The notes below the pieces were generated by a model. That model was not told the origin of the DNA, searched no databases, and saw only the letters and a program-made list of their open reading frames with translations. A DNA stretch of 64,000 nucleotides from Macrostomum lignano (Eukaryota): the NCBI GenBank assembly GCA_002269645.1, contig NIVC01001353.1, forward strand, positions 62,001-126,000, written 5' to 3'. The translations under genes and the position numbers were made by a program. Of this stretch, positions 13,040 to 23,562 are shown piece by piece. The stretch's first letter is position 1. The number at the start of each line of letters is the position of its first letter.

Positions 13040-13470
13040 TGTCTGGTGGATGCTTGCTATTTGGGGATGCTATCTATGTAGGGGATGCTTGCTATCTGGC
13101 GGATGCTTGCTATCTGGGGGATGCTTGCTATCTGGGGGATGCTTGCTATCTGGGGGTTGCTTGTAATCTGGAAGATGCCTGCTATCTGGCGGATGCTTGC
13201 TATCTGGGGGATGCTTGCTATCTGGGGGATGCTTGCTATCTGGGGGATGCTTGCTATCTGGGGGATGCTTGCTATCTGGGGGTTGCTTGTAATCTGGAAG
13301 ATGCTTGCTATCTGGCGGATGCTTGCTATCTGGAAGATGCTTGCTATCTGGCGGATGCTTGCTATCTGGGGGATGCTTGCTATCTGGGGGATGCTTGCTA
13401 TCTGGGGGATGCTTGCTATCTGGGGGTTGCTTGTAATCTGGAAGATGCTTGCTATCTGGGGGATGCTTGC
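13040..13470 (+). repeat. 18-bp minisatellite (ATGCTTGCTATCTGGGGG)
   Basis: Direct periodicity. Confidence 0.95.
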
Positions 13471-13754
13471 TGTCTTGGGATGATTTCTTTTTGCTTCCTT
13501 TGAGTATTTTGTCTGTTTTTTTTGTGAAGGCCTTTTTTGGCTATCTTTTTGTTACTTGTAGAGAACAGAGGTTCTATACAGATGTCCCCCAACGGGGGGC
13601 GAAGATTGCTAGTTAATTCTACCTGTCAAACCTTCAAGCTGGGCCCATCCTGGGCGTCCAGTCCACTGCAACGGTTGCCAAGGTGACGCGAAAACATCCG
13701 CCAAACAGGAGCCCCTCCACCCGGCCGGGAACTCAAAGCCCCATTGGCCGGCCC

Positions 13755-13800
13755 GCTCGCCCATCTCTCGCCCGCCGGGAGCTCCATAAAAGCCCCGCCT
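13755..13800 (+). promoter_or_regulatory. Candidate core promoter (TATA-like CATAAAA ~13786; reverse CCAAT at ~13743)
   Basis: About 90 bp upstream of the ATG at 13879 and conserved in the inverted copy (TTTTATG at ~26710). Confidence 0.35.
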
Positions 13801-13878
13801 CCGGCCTCGCCGGGAACTCGCGCCCCTCCAGACTCCTCAGCGACATCAGCAACCCTCCCGGCTCTCCCAGCTTCTGCA

Positions 13879-16477
13879 ATGCATTTGCCTGCACTGGTGG
13901 GTCTTCTGCTTCTTCGCGCAGTCGGTAAGTTCCTGCAGTTGTCAGGCAGAGCTCAACAACCAGTTCTGCTGTACAGCATCCCTCAGTTCTGAGCACTGCG
14001 TCTGTTTCAGCATCACTCAGTGCTGAGCACTCCGCCTGTTTCAGCATCACTCAGTACTGAGCACTCCACCTGTTTCAGCATCACTCAGTGCTGAGCACTC
14101 CGCCTGTTTCAGCATCACTCAGTGCTGAGCACTCCACCTGTTTCAGCATCACTCAGTGCTGAGCACTCCGCCTGTTTCAGCATCACTCAGTGCTGAGCAC
14201 TCCGCCTGTTTCAGCATCACTCAGTGCTGAGCACTCCGCCTGTTTCAGCATCACTCAGTGCTGAGCACTCCGCCTGTTTCAGTGGCATCAGCCTCAAGCG
14301 GCCAGGAGTTCAATTCGGTCCCCAGCCGCTCCCTGGTGCTGAACGACTCGCTCAGCGTCAGCTTGTTCAGCGAGTCCGGCATCCATTCCGATGGCGAGTG
14401 CCTGATGTGGTGCTCAGACAGAGGCTGCGCCGCTGCGGTGGTGAACATGACCAGCCGCGTCTGCCTGATGGCCGTCATCAACGATGAGTCATCGGGACAG
14501 CCGGGCCCTGACGGCAGTCACGTGACCAGGCACCTGGGCTCGCATGGTGACGCCGCGGTGACGGTGTGGACGGCGGACGACTTCGAGTCGCAGCTGCGGA
14601 GTCGGGCTTTCCAGCAGGTGTTCCGAAGTGAGTAAAGCTGACAGGTGTGAGTGAAGCTGACAGGTTTGAGTGATGCTGACAGGTGTGAGTGAAGCTGACA
14701 GGTTTGAGTGATGCTGACAGGTGTGAGTGATGCTGACAGGTGTGAGTGAAGCTGACAGGTGTGAGTGAAGCTGACAGGTGTGAGTGAAGCTGACAGGTGT
14801 GAGTGAAGCTGACAGGTGTGAGTGAAGCTGACAGGTGTGAGTGAAGCTGACAGGTGTGAGTGATGCTGACAGGTGTGAGTGAAGCTGACAGGTGTGAGTG
14901 AAGCTGACAGGTGTGAGTGATGCTGACAGGTTTGAGTGATGCTGACAGGTGTGAGTGAAGCTGACAGGTGTGAGTGAAGCTGACAGGTTTGAGTGATGCT
15001 GACAGGTGTGAGTGAAGCTGACAGGTGTGAGTGAAGCTGACAGGTGTGAGTGAAGCTGACAGGTGTGAGTGAAGCTGACAGGTGTGAGTGAAGCTGACAG
15101 GTGTGAGTGATGCTGACAGGTGTGAGTGATGCTGACAGGTATGAGTGAAGCTGACAGGTGTGAGTGATGCTGACAGGTGTGAGTGATGCTGACAGGTGTG
15201 AGTGAAGCTGACAGGTGTGAGTGATGCTGACAGGTGTGAGTGATGCTGACAGGTGTGAGTGAAGCTGACAGGTGTGAGTGAAGCTGACAGGTGTGAGTGA
15301 AGCTGACAGGTGTGAGTGAAGCTGACAGTGTGAGTGAAGCTGACAGGTGTGAGTGAAGCACATTAGTGGGTAGGGGGTTGAGTGTGGCGTGATTGGGTGC
15401 TAAAAGTGCAACGGCACCTGAGGCAGAGGCTGGCTCAGTTCGCAGAACCCGAAGCTTCGGCTCTCGCCTTTGACGCCTTCACTCCAGACAGCAGCGCAGG
15501 TCGCAGCGGCTCCGTCCAGAGCGTTGCCGTGAAGTTCGCCGGCTGCTACCGCATTGAGGCGTTCGGAGCCGCTGGGGGCAGCTCAACCAGAATTAATTCC
15601 TCCAGAGGCGCCTCTGCCGCCGGCTGCTTCAGCCTGGCCGCCGGCGCCCGGCTGGAAATTTTGGTCGGCCAGGCGGGCGGCGACTCGGCCTGCGGAGTCG
15701 GCGCTGGCGGCGGAGGCGGCAGCTTCGTGTACGTCAGCAACGGCTCGGACAGTCAGCAGTTGCTCGTGGCCGCGGGAGGTGGCGGTGGAGCCTCAAGGAT
15801 ATATGCTGGTGAGCTGATGCGAGTCCAGAAATGCGTAGAATTTTGAGTCATTTGAGCCAATCATCTTGAAGCATGCGGGCTGAGCACAGGGGATGAGAGT
15901 TGAGAATAATTAACTTCATCACAGCTTGTTGCATCGCAGATTTGAGCACAATTTCCTCTGACATTTCGCAGGCATGAATGGCAGCGGCTCTACAAGCGGC
16001 ACGAGCAGCAATCCTGGAGGCTCCAAGTACTCCGGCCCCGGTGGCGCTGGAGGACAGCCGGGCCGGGTGTCGCCCATCCGGTACACTGCACGGCCGAATG
16101 TTTCTTGCGGCGGTGCCGGCGCCGGCTGGAGCGGCTCGGCTCAGCCCAGCAGCGAGTCCTTCGTTGATCCCGGAGGTCCCGGGCTCGGCCTCGGCGACGG
16201 TTGGCTGGGCGGAGCGCGCAGCGGCTCCTGCCCGACCGGCGACGGCGGTTTCGGCGGAGGCGGCGCTGGAGGCGGCTGCTGCTTCAGGTATCCCATCGGT
16301 GCCAGCGGCGGCGGAGGCGGCTTCAGTGGAGGCGGAGCTAGCACATTTCCACGCAGCGGAGGTGGCGGCGGTGGCGGCTCCTTCTGCGGCGGCGTCGGCT
16401 GCGCCACCTCCTCTGGCGGCAACGCGGAGCGGCAGGGCCGGGTGCGGCTGAGCCGTCTGGGAGCCGCCTGTGAGTGA
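13879..16477 (+). CDS. Secreted PAN/Apple-like + ALK/LTK-type glycine-rich domain protein, copy A (~405 aa); exons 13879-13924, 14283-14627, 15488-15808, 15972-16477
   Basis: Hydrophobic leader MHLPALVGLLLLRAV. PAN-like ECLMWC..GCAAAVVN...CLM. G-rich motifs YRIEAFGAAGG, LEILVGQAGG, GGGGGSFV, LLVAAGGGGG, GDGGFGGGG, GGGGFSGG, GGGGGSF. All introns GT-AG, phase 1, frame-consistent. An in-frame alternative exon-3 acceptor lies at 15446. No TM segment or kinase domain. Confidence 0.85.
14002..14282 (+). repeat. 34-bp intronic minisatellite ending at the exon-2 acceptor (~8 units)
   Basis: Unit CATCACTCAGTGCTGAGCACTCCGCCTGTTTCAG; the last unit supplies the AG at 14281-14282. Confidence 0.95.
14628..15360 (+). 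repeat. 19-bp intronic minisatellite starting at the exon-2 donor (~38 units)
   Basis: Unit GTGAGTGAAGCTGACAGGT; the first unit is the GTGAGT donor. Confidence 0.95.
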
Positions 16478-16592
16478 GGAGCTGCTTCAGCAACATCAAA
16501 TTCAGGCAGACTCTGAAGAGCTGCTCGTTAATGAGATTTTATATCGACTTTTGATTCCCGTCTGTACGAACTTGCAACACCAGCTGATTCAG

Positions 16593-17343
16593 TGCCAACT
16601 GGCATGCCTGTGTTATTCTCTTATCAGTGTTATACTGACAACTGGCATTGCCTGTGTTATCCTCTTATCAATGTTATACTGACAACTGGCAGTGCCTGCG
16701 TTATTCTCTTATCAATGTTATATTGACAACTGGCATGCCTGTGTTATCCTCTTATCAATGTTATACTGACAACTGGCAGTGCCTGTGTTATTCTCTTATC
16801 AATATTATACTGACAACTGGCAGTGCCTGTGTTATTCTCTTATCAATATTATACTGACAACTGGCATGCCTGTGTTATTCTCTTATCAGTGTTATACTGA
16901 CAACTGGCATTGCCTGTGTTATCCTCTTATCAATGTTATACTGACAACTGGCAGTGCCTGCGTTATTCTCTTATCAATGTTATACTGACAACTGGCATGC
17001 CTGTGTTTTTCTCTTATCAGTGTTATACTGACAACTGGCAGTGCCTGTGTTATTCTCTTATCAATATTATACTGACAACTGGCAGTGCCTGTGTTATTCT
17101 CTTATCAATATTATACTGACAACTGGCACTGCCTATGTCATTCTCTTATCAATGTTATACTGACAACTGGCACTGCCTATGTCATTCTCTTATCAATATT
17201 ATACTGACAACTGGCATGCCTGTGTTATTCTCTTATCAATGTTATACTGACAACTGGCATGCCTGTGTTATTCTCTTATCAATGTTATATTGACAACTGG
17301 CATGCCTGTGTTATTCTCTTATCAATGTTATTTTGGCAACTGG
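16593..17343 (+). repeat. 43/44-bp minisatellite downstream of the copy A stop (~17 units)
   Basis: Unit ACTGACAACTGGCATGCCTGTGTTATTCTCTTATCAATGTTAT. Confidence 0.95.
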
Positions 17344-17680
17344 CTCAGCGCTATCAACCCACTGAATTGGCATTATGCTTGCTCTGCTGCTTTCTGGAGG
17401 CACCAATGTCTGCTGAGCAGAGTTATTTGACTTCGGCAAACAGGGGTCGCATGCAAAATTTTATCCTGATTTTTGCCGCCATTCGACGCCCTACTTTTTT
17501 GCGTCGTCAAACAAGGTTCGTCTCGGGTGCAAATTTATTGGCGACTGTCATTTTAGCGTCAAATTTCATTAGCAAACGGAGCTTCACTCCACTTGTTGTT
17601 TTGTTTACCCATCATACACCTGACACAGAAAACCGTCAGTGCGACTCTTGACTGCCACAAATTCACTGCCGGCGATTCAG

Positions 17681-17900
17681 GTTAGGTTTAGGTTTGTTTT
17701 AGGTTTGCTTTAGGCTTGGTTTAGGCTTGGTTTAGGTTAGGTTAAGGTTAGGTTTAGGTTTGGTTTAGGCTTGGTTTAGGTTAGGTCCACGAAAATTCAC
17801 TGCCAAACCAAACCTAAACCTAACCTAAAACTTACCTAAACCTAACTTAACCTAACCTAAATAAACCTAATCTAAACAAAACCTAAACCTAACCTAAACC
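17681..17900. repeat. Foldback of TTAGG-like repeats around a short spacer
   Basis: GGTTAGGTTT.. run at 17681-17786, spacer TCCACGAAAATTCACTGCC, complementary AAACCTAACC.. run at 17805-17900. Confidence 0.8.
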
Positions 17901-18913
17901 TTCAATACATTATTTAGAGTCCAAGCACAGCGAAGGCAGGTTGTTACGGGTGATCCCACAATCAGACCAGTTATTAAACAGCTTGTTTATGATTCAATTG
18001 GCTAATTTTGCTCAGCCGCACGGCGATCCCAGAGAAGGCCGGACCGCGGCAGCCGAAGTGCCCTACCCTACAGCGGCTTCAGGTGTACAGCCGTAGCAGA
18101 AAAAGAGTAAAAGACTCGATAGAACAAAAGGTCAAGTCAGTCGCGCAAGACAGACAGGGCGTCGGTCGGCTCGCACACAGCCAGGGCCGCGGCGGGCGCC
18201 GAACGCAGGCATCAAGGTCTCAGCTTTTGTACAACAAGGCGGACTCCATGACCACCTATAGAAGTTGCGACTCTGGGCACCGTCCGTCAAATCAGGGTCA
18301 GGGACTTCTAGTTTATACTATTCTATTTGCAGACGTCACTGGTCATGGCGGGGGCCCAGACATTCACGGCACTGCCGTTCGGAGTTGGCGGCAGTTAGGG
18401 GTGCACTTTTCCACCTGGTTCTCGTGGGTAGTCACCAACCCGTGTTGGGGATGAGGCCATCAGTGGGTCTCGGGGAGCGGAAGCTGCCGCCAGCTCGTTG
18501 TCCATGAAGCCTGGAATCCAGGTGAACTCCGGATGTTGCTGTACAGATGCAGTTGATTAAAGAGTCATTGAGGCCTCCGTCTTTGCTTTGAGGCCCGGTC
18601 ACGCCGCCGTCAGATAAGACATCACTGATGTACAGAGCCATGAATATTGGTGCACGAGTTCTGTGAGCAAAAAATTTATTCTCATTTAAAAGAGCGTTTG
18701 GAGGCGTAACCGCGCGTGAGTCCATCGGTGGTCCGGAGATGAAGCGAGTTTGGACGCTGAAGGAAATTCGTAAATATTTTAGGTCATTGAACGAGTAGAA
18801 TTCATTTGCTCCCAACACCAAAAGTTCTGTTTAGTCAGTTAATGAGGACTCATTCAGGAAAAAAGTTTCTCAGTATGCCTCCAGAGGCTTCATCTGCCTC
18901 CAGAGCGCCGACT

Positions 18914-21900
18914 TCACTTCTCTACAATGCAAAAAGTGGCAGCATGAGTGAGCGCGCCATCTTACGGATGCCTTGAACTGCGATTTGCTTACCCAAGTAG
19001 ATGACGAGCCGGTCGGCGTACTTCACGCTGGCGTCCATCTTCTCGCCCTTCTTGTCCGAGTAGTACAGCACTGGCGCCTTGCCCAACAGTCCGTTCTTAG
19101 CCCACGAGCAGTGATCCTTGTCCGTGTCGGTGATTCCCATAAAGATGACGTCGTTCGGGCAGCCTCCGTGGCTGAACGCGATGTAGAAGCTTCGCCGAAA
19201 ATCGCCCCAGCTCTCGCCGGCGATGGAGAAGCGATGGAATGTTCCCTGGCCGATCCAGTAGGGATAGGACTTGATCAGTCTGTCCTTGGAGAACCAGTTG
19301 TCCGAGGTGAGCGCCTCCGGGTTCTTGCTCACGTCGAACGTGACGCTGACGACCACCTTGTCATCTTTGCGCATCTCGGCCACGATCTTGGTGTATCCGC
19401 GGTACTTGACAATCCCCGGCAGATCGTTGAGCAGGCTGGAGCGGAACAGCGGCGGGAAACCTGAGCTGCTCGAGGCGGACGCGGCGCTGCCATCGGTCTT
19501 ATGGAATTCGGCGAACGCGTCCTTGCCGGAGTGGGCAGCGATGGTGAAGAGCAGAGCTTTGTCGGGGCCTGAAGTTCAAGGTGGAGATGATTCGGCTCTT
19601 GAAAGTCTGACACCTTCAGCTGCAATAAGCTGTTTAATTGATAAGCACTGTCCGATTCTCATTCCTAAATGCCGTTCCCATGGCGCTACAAGAGTTGCTT
19701 TAAACCAAACATTTCTTGCATACCGCCAATGCAGAAAACAAACTTTGTTCAAGACGATTGACTGTTAAAATTTTCAGACGCATTATTCTGCTGTCTAAGT
19801 GCCAATTGATAGAATGTTGAAGTTTGCAATTTTACAATAAAGTTGTATCTTAATGACTCAAAATATTTGTCACAAACCTTAGCCGAATGCTTATCACTAG
19901 TCTTCACTCTGATTTTTCAAAAAGCAGATAAAATGATGTCACTTACCGAGAATGTAAGTGAGGGATCGACTCTCTAAAATGTTTTAGATCACCAATTTTG
20001 TTTCAGTACAAAAGCAATCAGCACAAGAGATTTCAATTACAGCTCAATCGACGGTATACACAGACTTACTCAAATAGATGAAGAGCCTGTCGGCGTACTT
20101 CACGTTGCTTTCCATCTTCACGTCCTTCTTGTCCGAGTAGAACAGCACTGGCGCTTTGCCGTGCAGTCCGTTCTTCACCCATGAGCAGTGGTCCTTGTCC
20201 GAGTCGCCGAGTCCCATGAAGATGATATCGTTCGGGCAGCCTCCGTGACTGAATGCGATGTAGAAGCTTCGTCTGAACTCGCCCCAGCTCTGCCCGGCGA
20301 TGGAGAAGCGCTGGAATTTCCGTTGGTTGCTGAACTGGTAGGGATAGCTCTCCAGCAGCCGCTCGGGAGTGAACCAGTTCTCCGAGCTGATGCTGCTTGT
20401 GTTGTTCGCGACTTCGAACGTGGCGCTCGCAACCACCTGGCCGCTCTTTCGCATTTCGACCACAACCTGGCTGGATCCGAGGTCCTGAATGGCGCGCGGC
20501 ATGCTGTCGAGCAGGTAGGACCGGTAGACGGGCGGCAGGCTCTTCGGCACGGAGAAGTCCTCAGACTTGCTGCGGTACGCGCTGAGCGGATTCTGGCCCG
20601 CGTGAGCTTTGATGGTGAACAGCAGAGCTTTTCCCTGCTCTGGAAGGTGTTTGAGTTCCGCGATCCGTAATTTCTTAGAAAGCTTAGAAATCGCACTCAG
20701 CACTCGCACAGACAAAATATCACCACCTGGGCGAAAGGTAAAGAACCTTAATTTGAAGTCTAGTGAGCAGAACAGCTGTTATTCACTCCCACTCTAGTTG
20801 GGTGGGATGTTTAATTCTGCCGCATGTACTGGTAAATCAATAAATTATTTATTGCGAGTGTAGTTTTCGTAGAATTTCTATCAACTTGAGATAAGAGCTA
20901 AACAGCAAGTACTGGATGGTAATATCAACTGCAGACAGAGTGGCACAGATGTTCTACTTACCAAACATGTATGGCCGCCTGGGTTTCAGAGCTGCAATAT
21001 GTAAGTGAATTTTGCATTAATTTTAGATAAATATGCAAAGCACAGTAAATTAGGTAAAACTTCCTATCAGAATCCAGGGACTCACTCAAGTAGATGACGA
21101 ACCTATCGGCGTACTTCACGCTTTGCGAATATTTCACATTCTTCTGCTCGGAGTAGAACAGCACCGGCGGCTTGCCATCGAGTCCCTTGTACACCCAGGG
21201 GCAGCCATCGTTGGTGGAGTTGCCGATTCCCATGAAGCCGCTGTCGTTGTCGCAGCCTCCATGCTAAAACTGGTTGTAGAAGTTTCGACTCACTCCTTTG
21301 TCCCAGTTTTGTCCAACAATGGAGAACACTTCGAATTCTCCCTGCCCGATCCAGTACGGATAGGACCTGATGAGCCTGCTTTTCGAGAACCAGTTCTCCG
21401 AGTTGAGCGTCGCCAAGTCTTTGGTGGCGTTGAAGGTGGCGTTGGCGACCACAGTGTCTCCTTTGCGCATCTCGGCTACGATCTCCGAAGCGCCCATCGA
21501 CTTCACCGCCTCCGGCAGGTCGTTGAGCAGCGTGGACCGGAACAGAGTCTCGTCAGCGTAGTCCTGAGGATAGCTCTTGCGGAACTCCTCCAGGGCGTTC
21601 TTGCCGGAATGAGCATCGATGGAGAACAGCAGCACCTTTCCAGGCTCTGGAACCAAAGCGAATAATAGTATTAATATTCAGTATTTGCAGCAACGAATTT
21701 AGAAAGACCGCACTGCTATTTATTACCTTTGTCTTTCGGGAACCCGGCATCTGCAACGGGGAAATTGCAGGAGGATTTTGCATGAGGCAGCTATGATTAA
21801 TGCTTGAGTACTTGTACAAGCACCGATACGTAATTTGCCAAGCTCCAGAGTTCCACGAAGCCCTACCTGCGCCTGTTGTGAGCAGGAGAGCAAAAGCGAG

Positions 21901-21936
21901 CAGGGCGGTCCCTACCGCAGCAGTTTGGTTCGGCAT
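18914..21936 (-). CDS. Secreted protein with three tandem copies of an uncharacterised ~190-aa domain (~621 aa if intact; in-frame TAG at 21264-21266). Exons 21936-21867, 21750-21727, 21646-21086, 20991-20962, 20639-20070, 19973-19947, 19568-18993, probable 18921-18914
   Basis: Leader MPNQTAAVGTALLAFALLLTTGA. The three exons share LLF(S/T)I.AH.G, L...P, V.EMRK....V...TF, NWF...RL..SYPY, FSI.G..W, FY...HGGC.ND..FMG, C.W...GL.GK.PVL.YS, VKYADRL.IYL. All junctions GT-AG, phase 1. The last exon is tentative. Confidence 0.8.
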
Positions 21937-22040
21937 TCCTTCCGGATGCGACTTGAGTGCAGGTTGAGTCGGAACGAGCGTGGATGACGGCGGAGTTGAG
22001 ACGGTCCTCAGCGGCTCGGAGCGGCGTTTAGGGGTCCGCA

Positions 22041-22047
22041 TATATAG
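22041..22047 (-). promoter_or_regulatory. TATA box candidate for the three-domain gene
   Basis: CTATATA on the minus strand, ~105 bp upstream of the ATG at 21936, in a GC-rich context. Confidence 0.45.
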
Positions 22048-22821
22048 ACTGAGTAAGTGCCCTACTCAGCAACTTCCATGGGGTGGTGGTCAACCCCCCC
22101 CCCCCAGGTACCACCTGCCTTCATCGAACCCACAAGGCAGTGAATGCATTGAGAGACATGCAGAGCTGTAGAATTTCACTCCCAATGACTGGCATTCCAA
22201 AGACATTCGACCATTCAAAAAGTGGAAGCGGTTTGCCGTGACTCACCCTGAGAGACTTCGTTCGAGCTCGGGAGCTGCAGGCTGTCCAGTTGAGCAACTC
22301 CGACCTCCCATTGCTTGCATGCCAGCCCACTCGCAATAGCAGCACGGGTTCAACCGATAGTCCAAAAGGAGCAGCCGCGGAGCTGAACTTCTGGAATGTG
22401 TCAGGCAGGAGCAGATATTTTTTCCACCCCCATTGTCTCTTCTGCTCTCAAAAGCCGGTGAAGCTCTCGAACACACCATGCTGGTACTCGGGTGAGTTGC
22501 TGCTTCGTGACCGCTATGGGAGAGAAACCGGGATCAATAACTTTTGCGGCCATGTCTCCTGTTTAGTTCACGCTACTCCCAGAAGATCTTCAAGTCTTCA
22601 GAGAAGTACACGAGACCAACTCGTTTTAGTGGGTTCAACTTCAGTATAGAACTAGCAATTTAGCCACCCGTCGGTAGCCTGTACTATTACTCTTTCATTT
22701 CTGCCTTTGAAATTATGGCAAAATGCTTTCTCAATAGTCAGTCATGATATTTGCCTGTAAGCTAATTTAAGTTAGCCAGGTAGATATTTCGGCTTCTTTT
22801 CCGATAGAATTTGAATAATAT

Positions 22822-23035
22822 ATACCTGTTAGACAGACAGGTTTACCTGATAGACAGGCAGGTTTACCTGTTAGACAGACAGGTTTACCTGTTAGACAGG
22901 TAGGTTTACCTGTTAGACAGACAGGTTTACCTGTTAGACAGGTAGATTTACCTGTAAGACAGACAGGTTTACCTGTTAGATAGGTAGGTTTACATGTAAG
23001 ACAGGCAGATTTACCTGTTAGACAGGCAGAGTTCT
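22822..23035. repeat. 21-bp minisatellite with internal hairpin (GGTTTACCTGTTAGACAGACA)
   Basis: Direct periodicity; ACAGG-TTTA-CCTGT stem. Confidence 0.9.
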
Positions 23036-23094
23036 ACTTTGGTGTATCCTAAACTGCGCATCCATATAGCGGTACATGTCCGCTGAGAACAGAC

Positions 23095-23210
23095 TCAGAA
23101 AAAGTGCCCCAGCTGCAACGCCCGTCCGCAGTGCTGAACCAGCGATGGTTTTCACTGGCAGGCCAGGTGATTCGGGCTTGTGTTGGAGATGCGGATGCGG
23201 GTTGGAGAGG
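23095..23210 (+). mobile_element. Possible decayed RTE-clade LINE 3' fragment
   Basis: Translation LQRPSAVLNQRWFSLAGQVIRA resembles the RTE ORF2 C-terminal motif (..S..L.QRR..LAGH..R). Recognised from memory only. Confidence 0.3.
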
Positions 23211-23562
23211 ATCGAGAGTCATTTGAAAATTTGAGAAGTGATACAAAACTGGAGTTATGAAGACTTCATATTTGAAGTCATATCAAGTATTGATTTATTT
23301 TGATCAAATTACTGCATTCCTAAACAAAGTCTACACGAATAAGAAAATTCAGAAGAATAAGTCCATATTGTCTAGGTTAGGGTGGTTAGAAGCAGTTGCT
23401 CCCTGGTTTTTCAAGGTAGCGACTCCACCTCGTCCACTCTGGCCGTCGGCAGTCCCTTCAAGTCCATTGTCGGCTAAGGGCCAAACAAGACCAAGAAGAC
23501 TATTTTCACGTTTGCTTGGGTCGGTAATGAACTAAACGTATATAAACTAAATTATCATATTA

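Larger units (their letters stand above)
9788..13612 (+). mobile_element. Non-autonomous Helitron-like unit 4
   Basis: Same TCCTATATACTAAAAATG start as unit 2 and the same 5' core. Hairpin GTCCCCC-AAC-GGGGGGC at 13584-13600; CTAG at 13609-13612 followed by T. Confidence 0.7.
13666..17343 (+). repeat. Left arm of a large inverted duplication
   Basis: Reverse complement of ~23563-26836. The match starts at CTGCA(A/G)CGGTTGCCAAGGTGACGC and covers promoter, exons, introns and the same three minisatellites. Confidence 0.95.

Noticed and set aside
17942-18821. Solo LTR (TGTTACGG...ACA) or an RNase H-like exon (QHPEFTWIPG) and the 129-aa ORF
   Set aside because: No target-site duplication at candidate ends (CAGGT vs TCACT) and the motif match is too short. 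A repeat-library search is needed.
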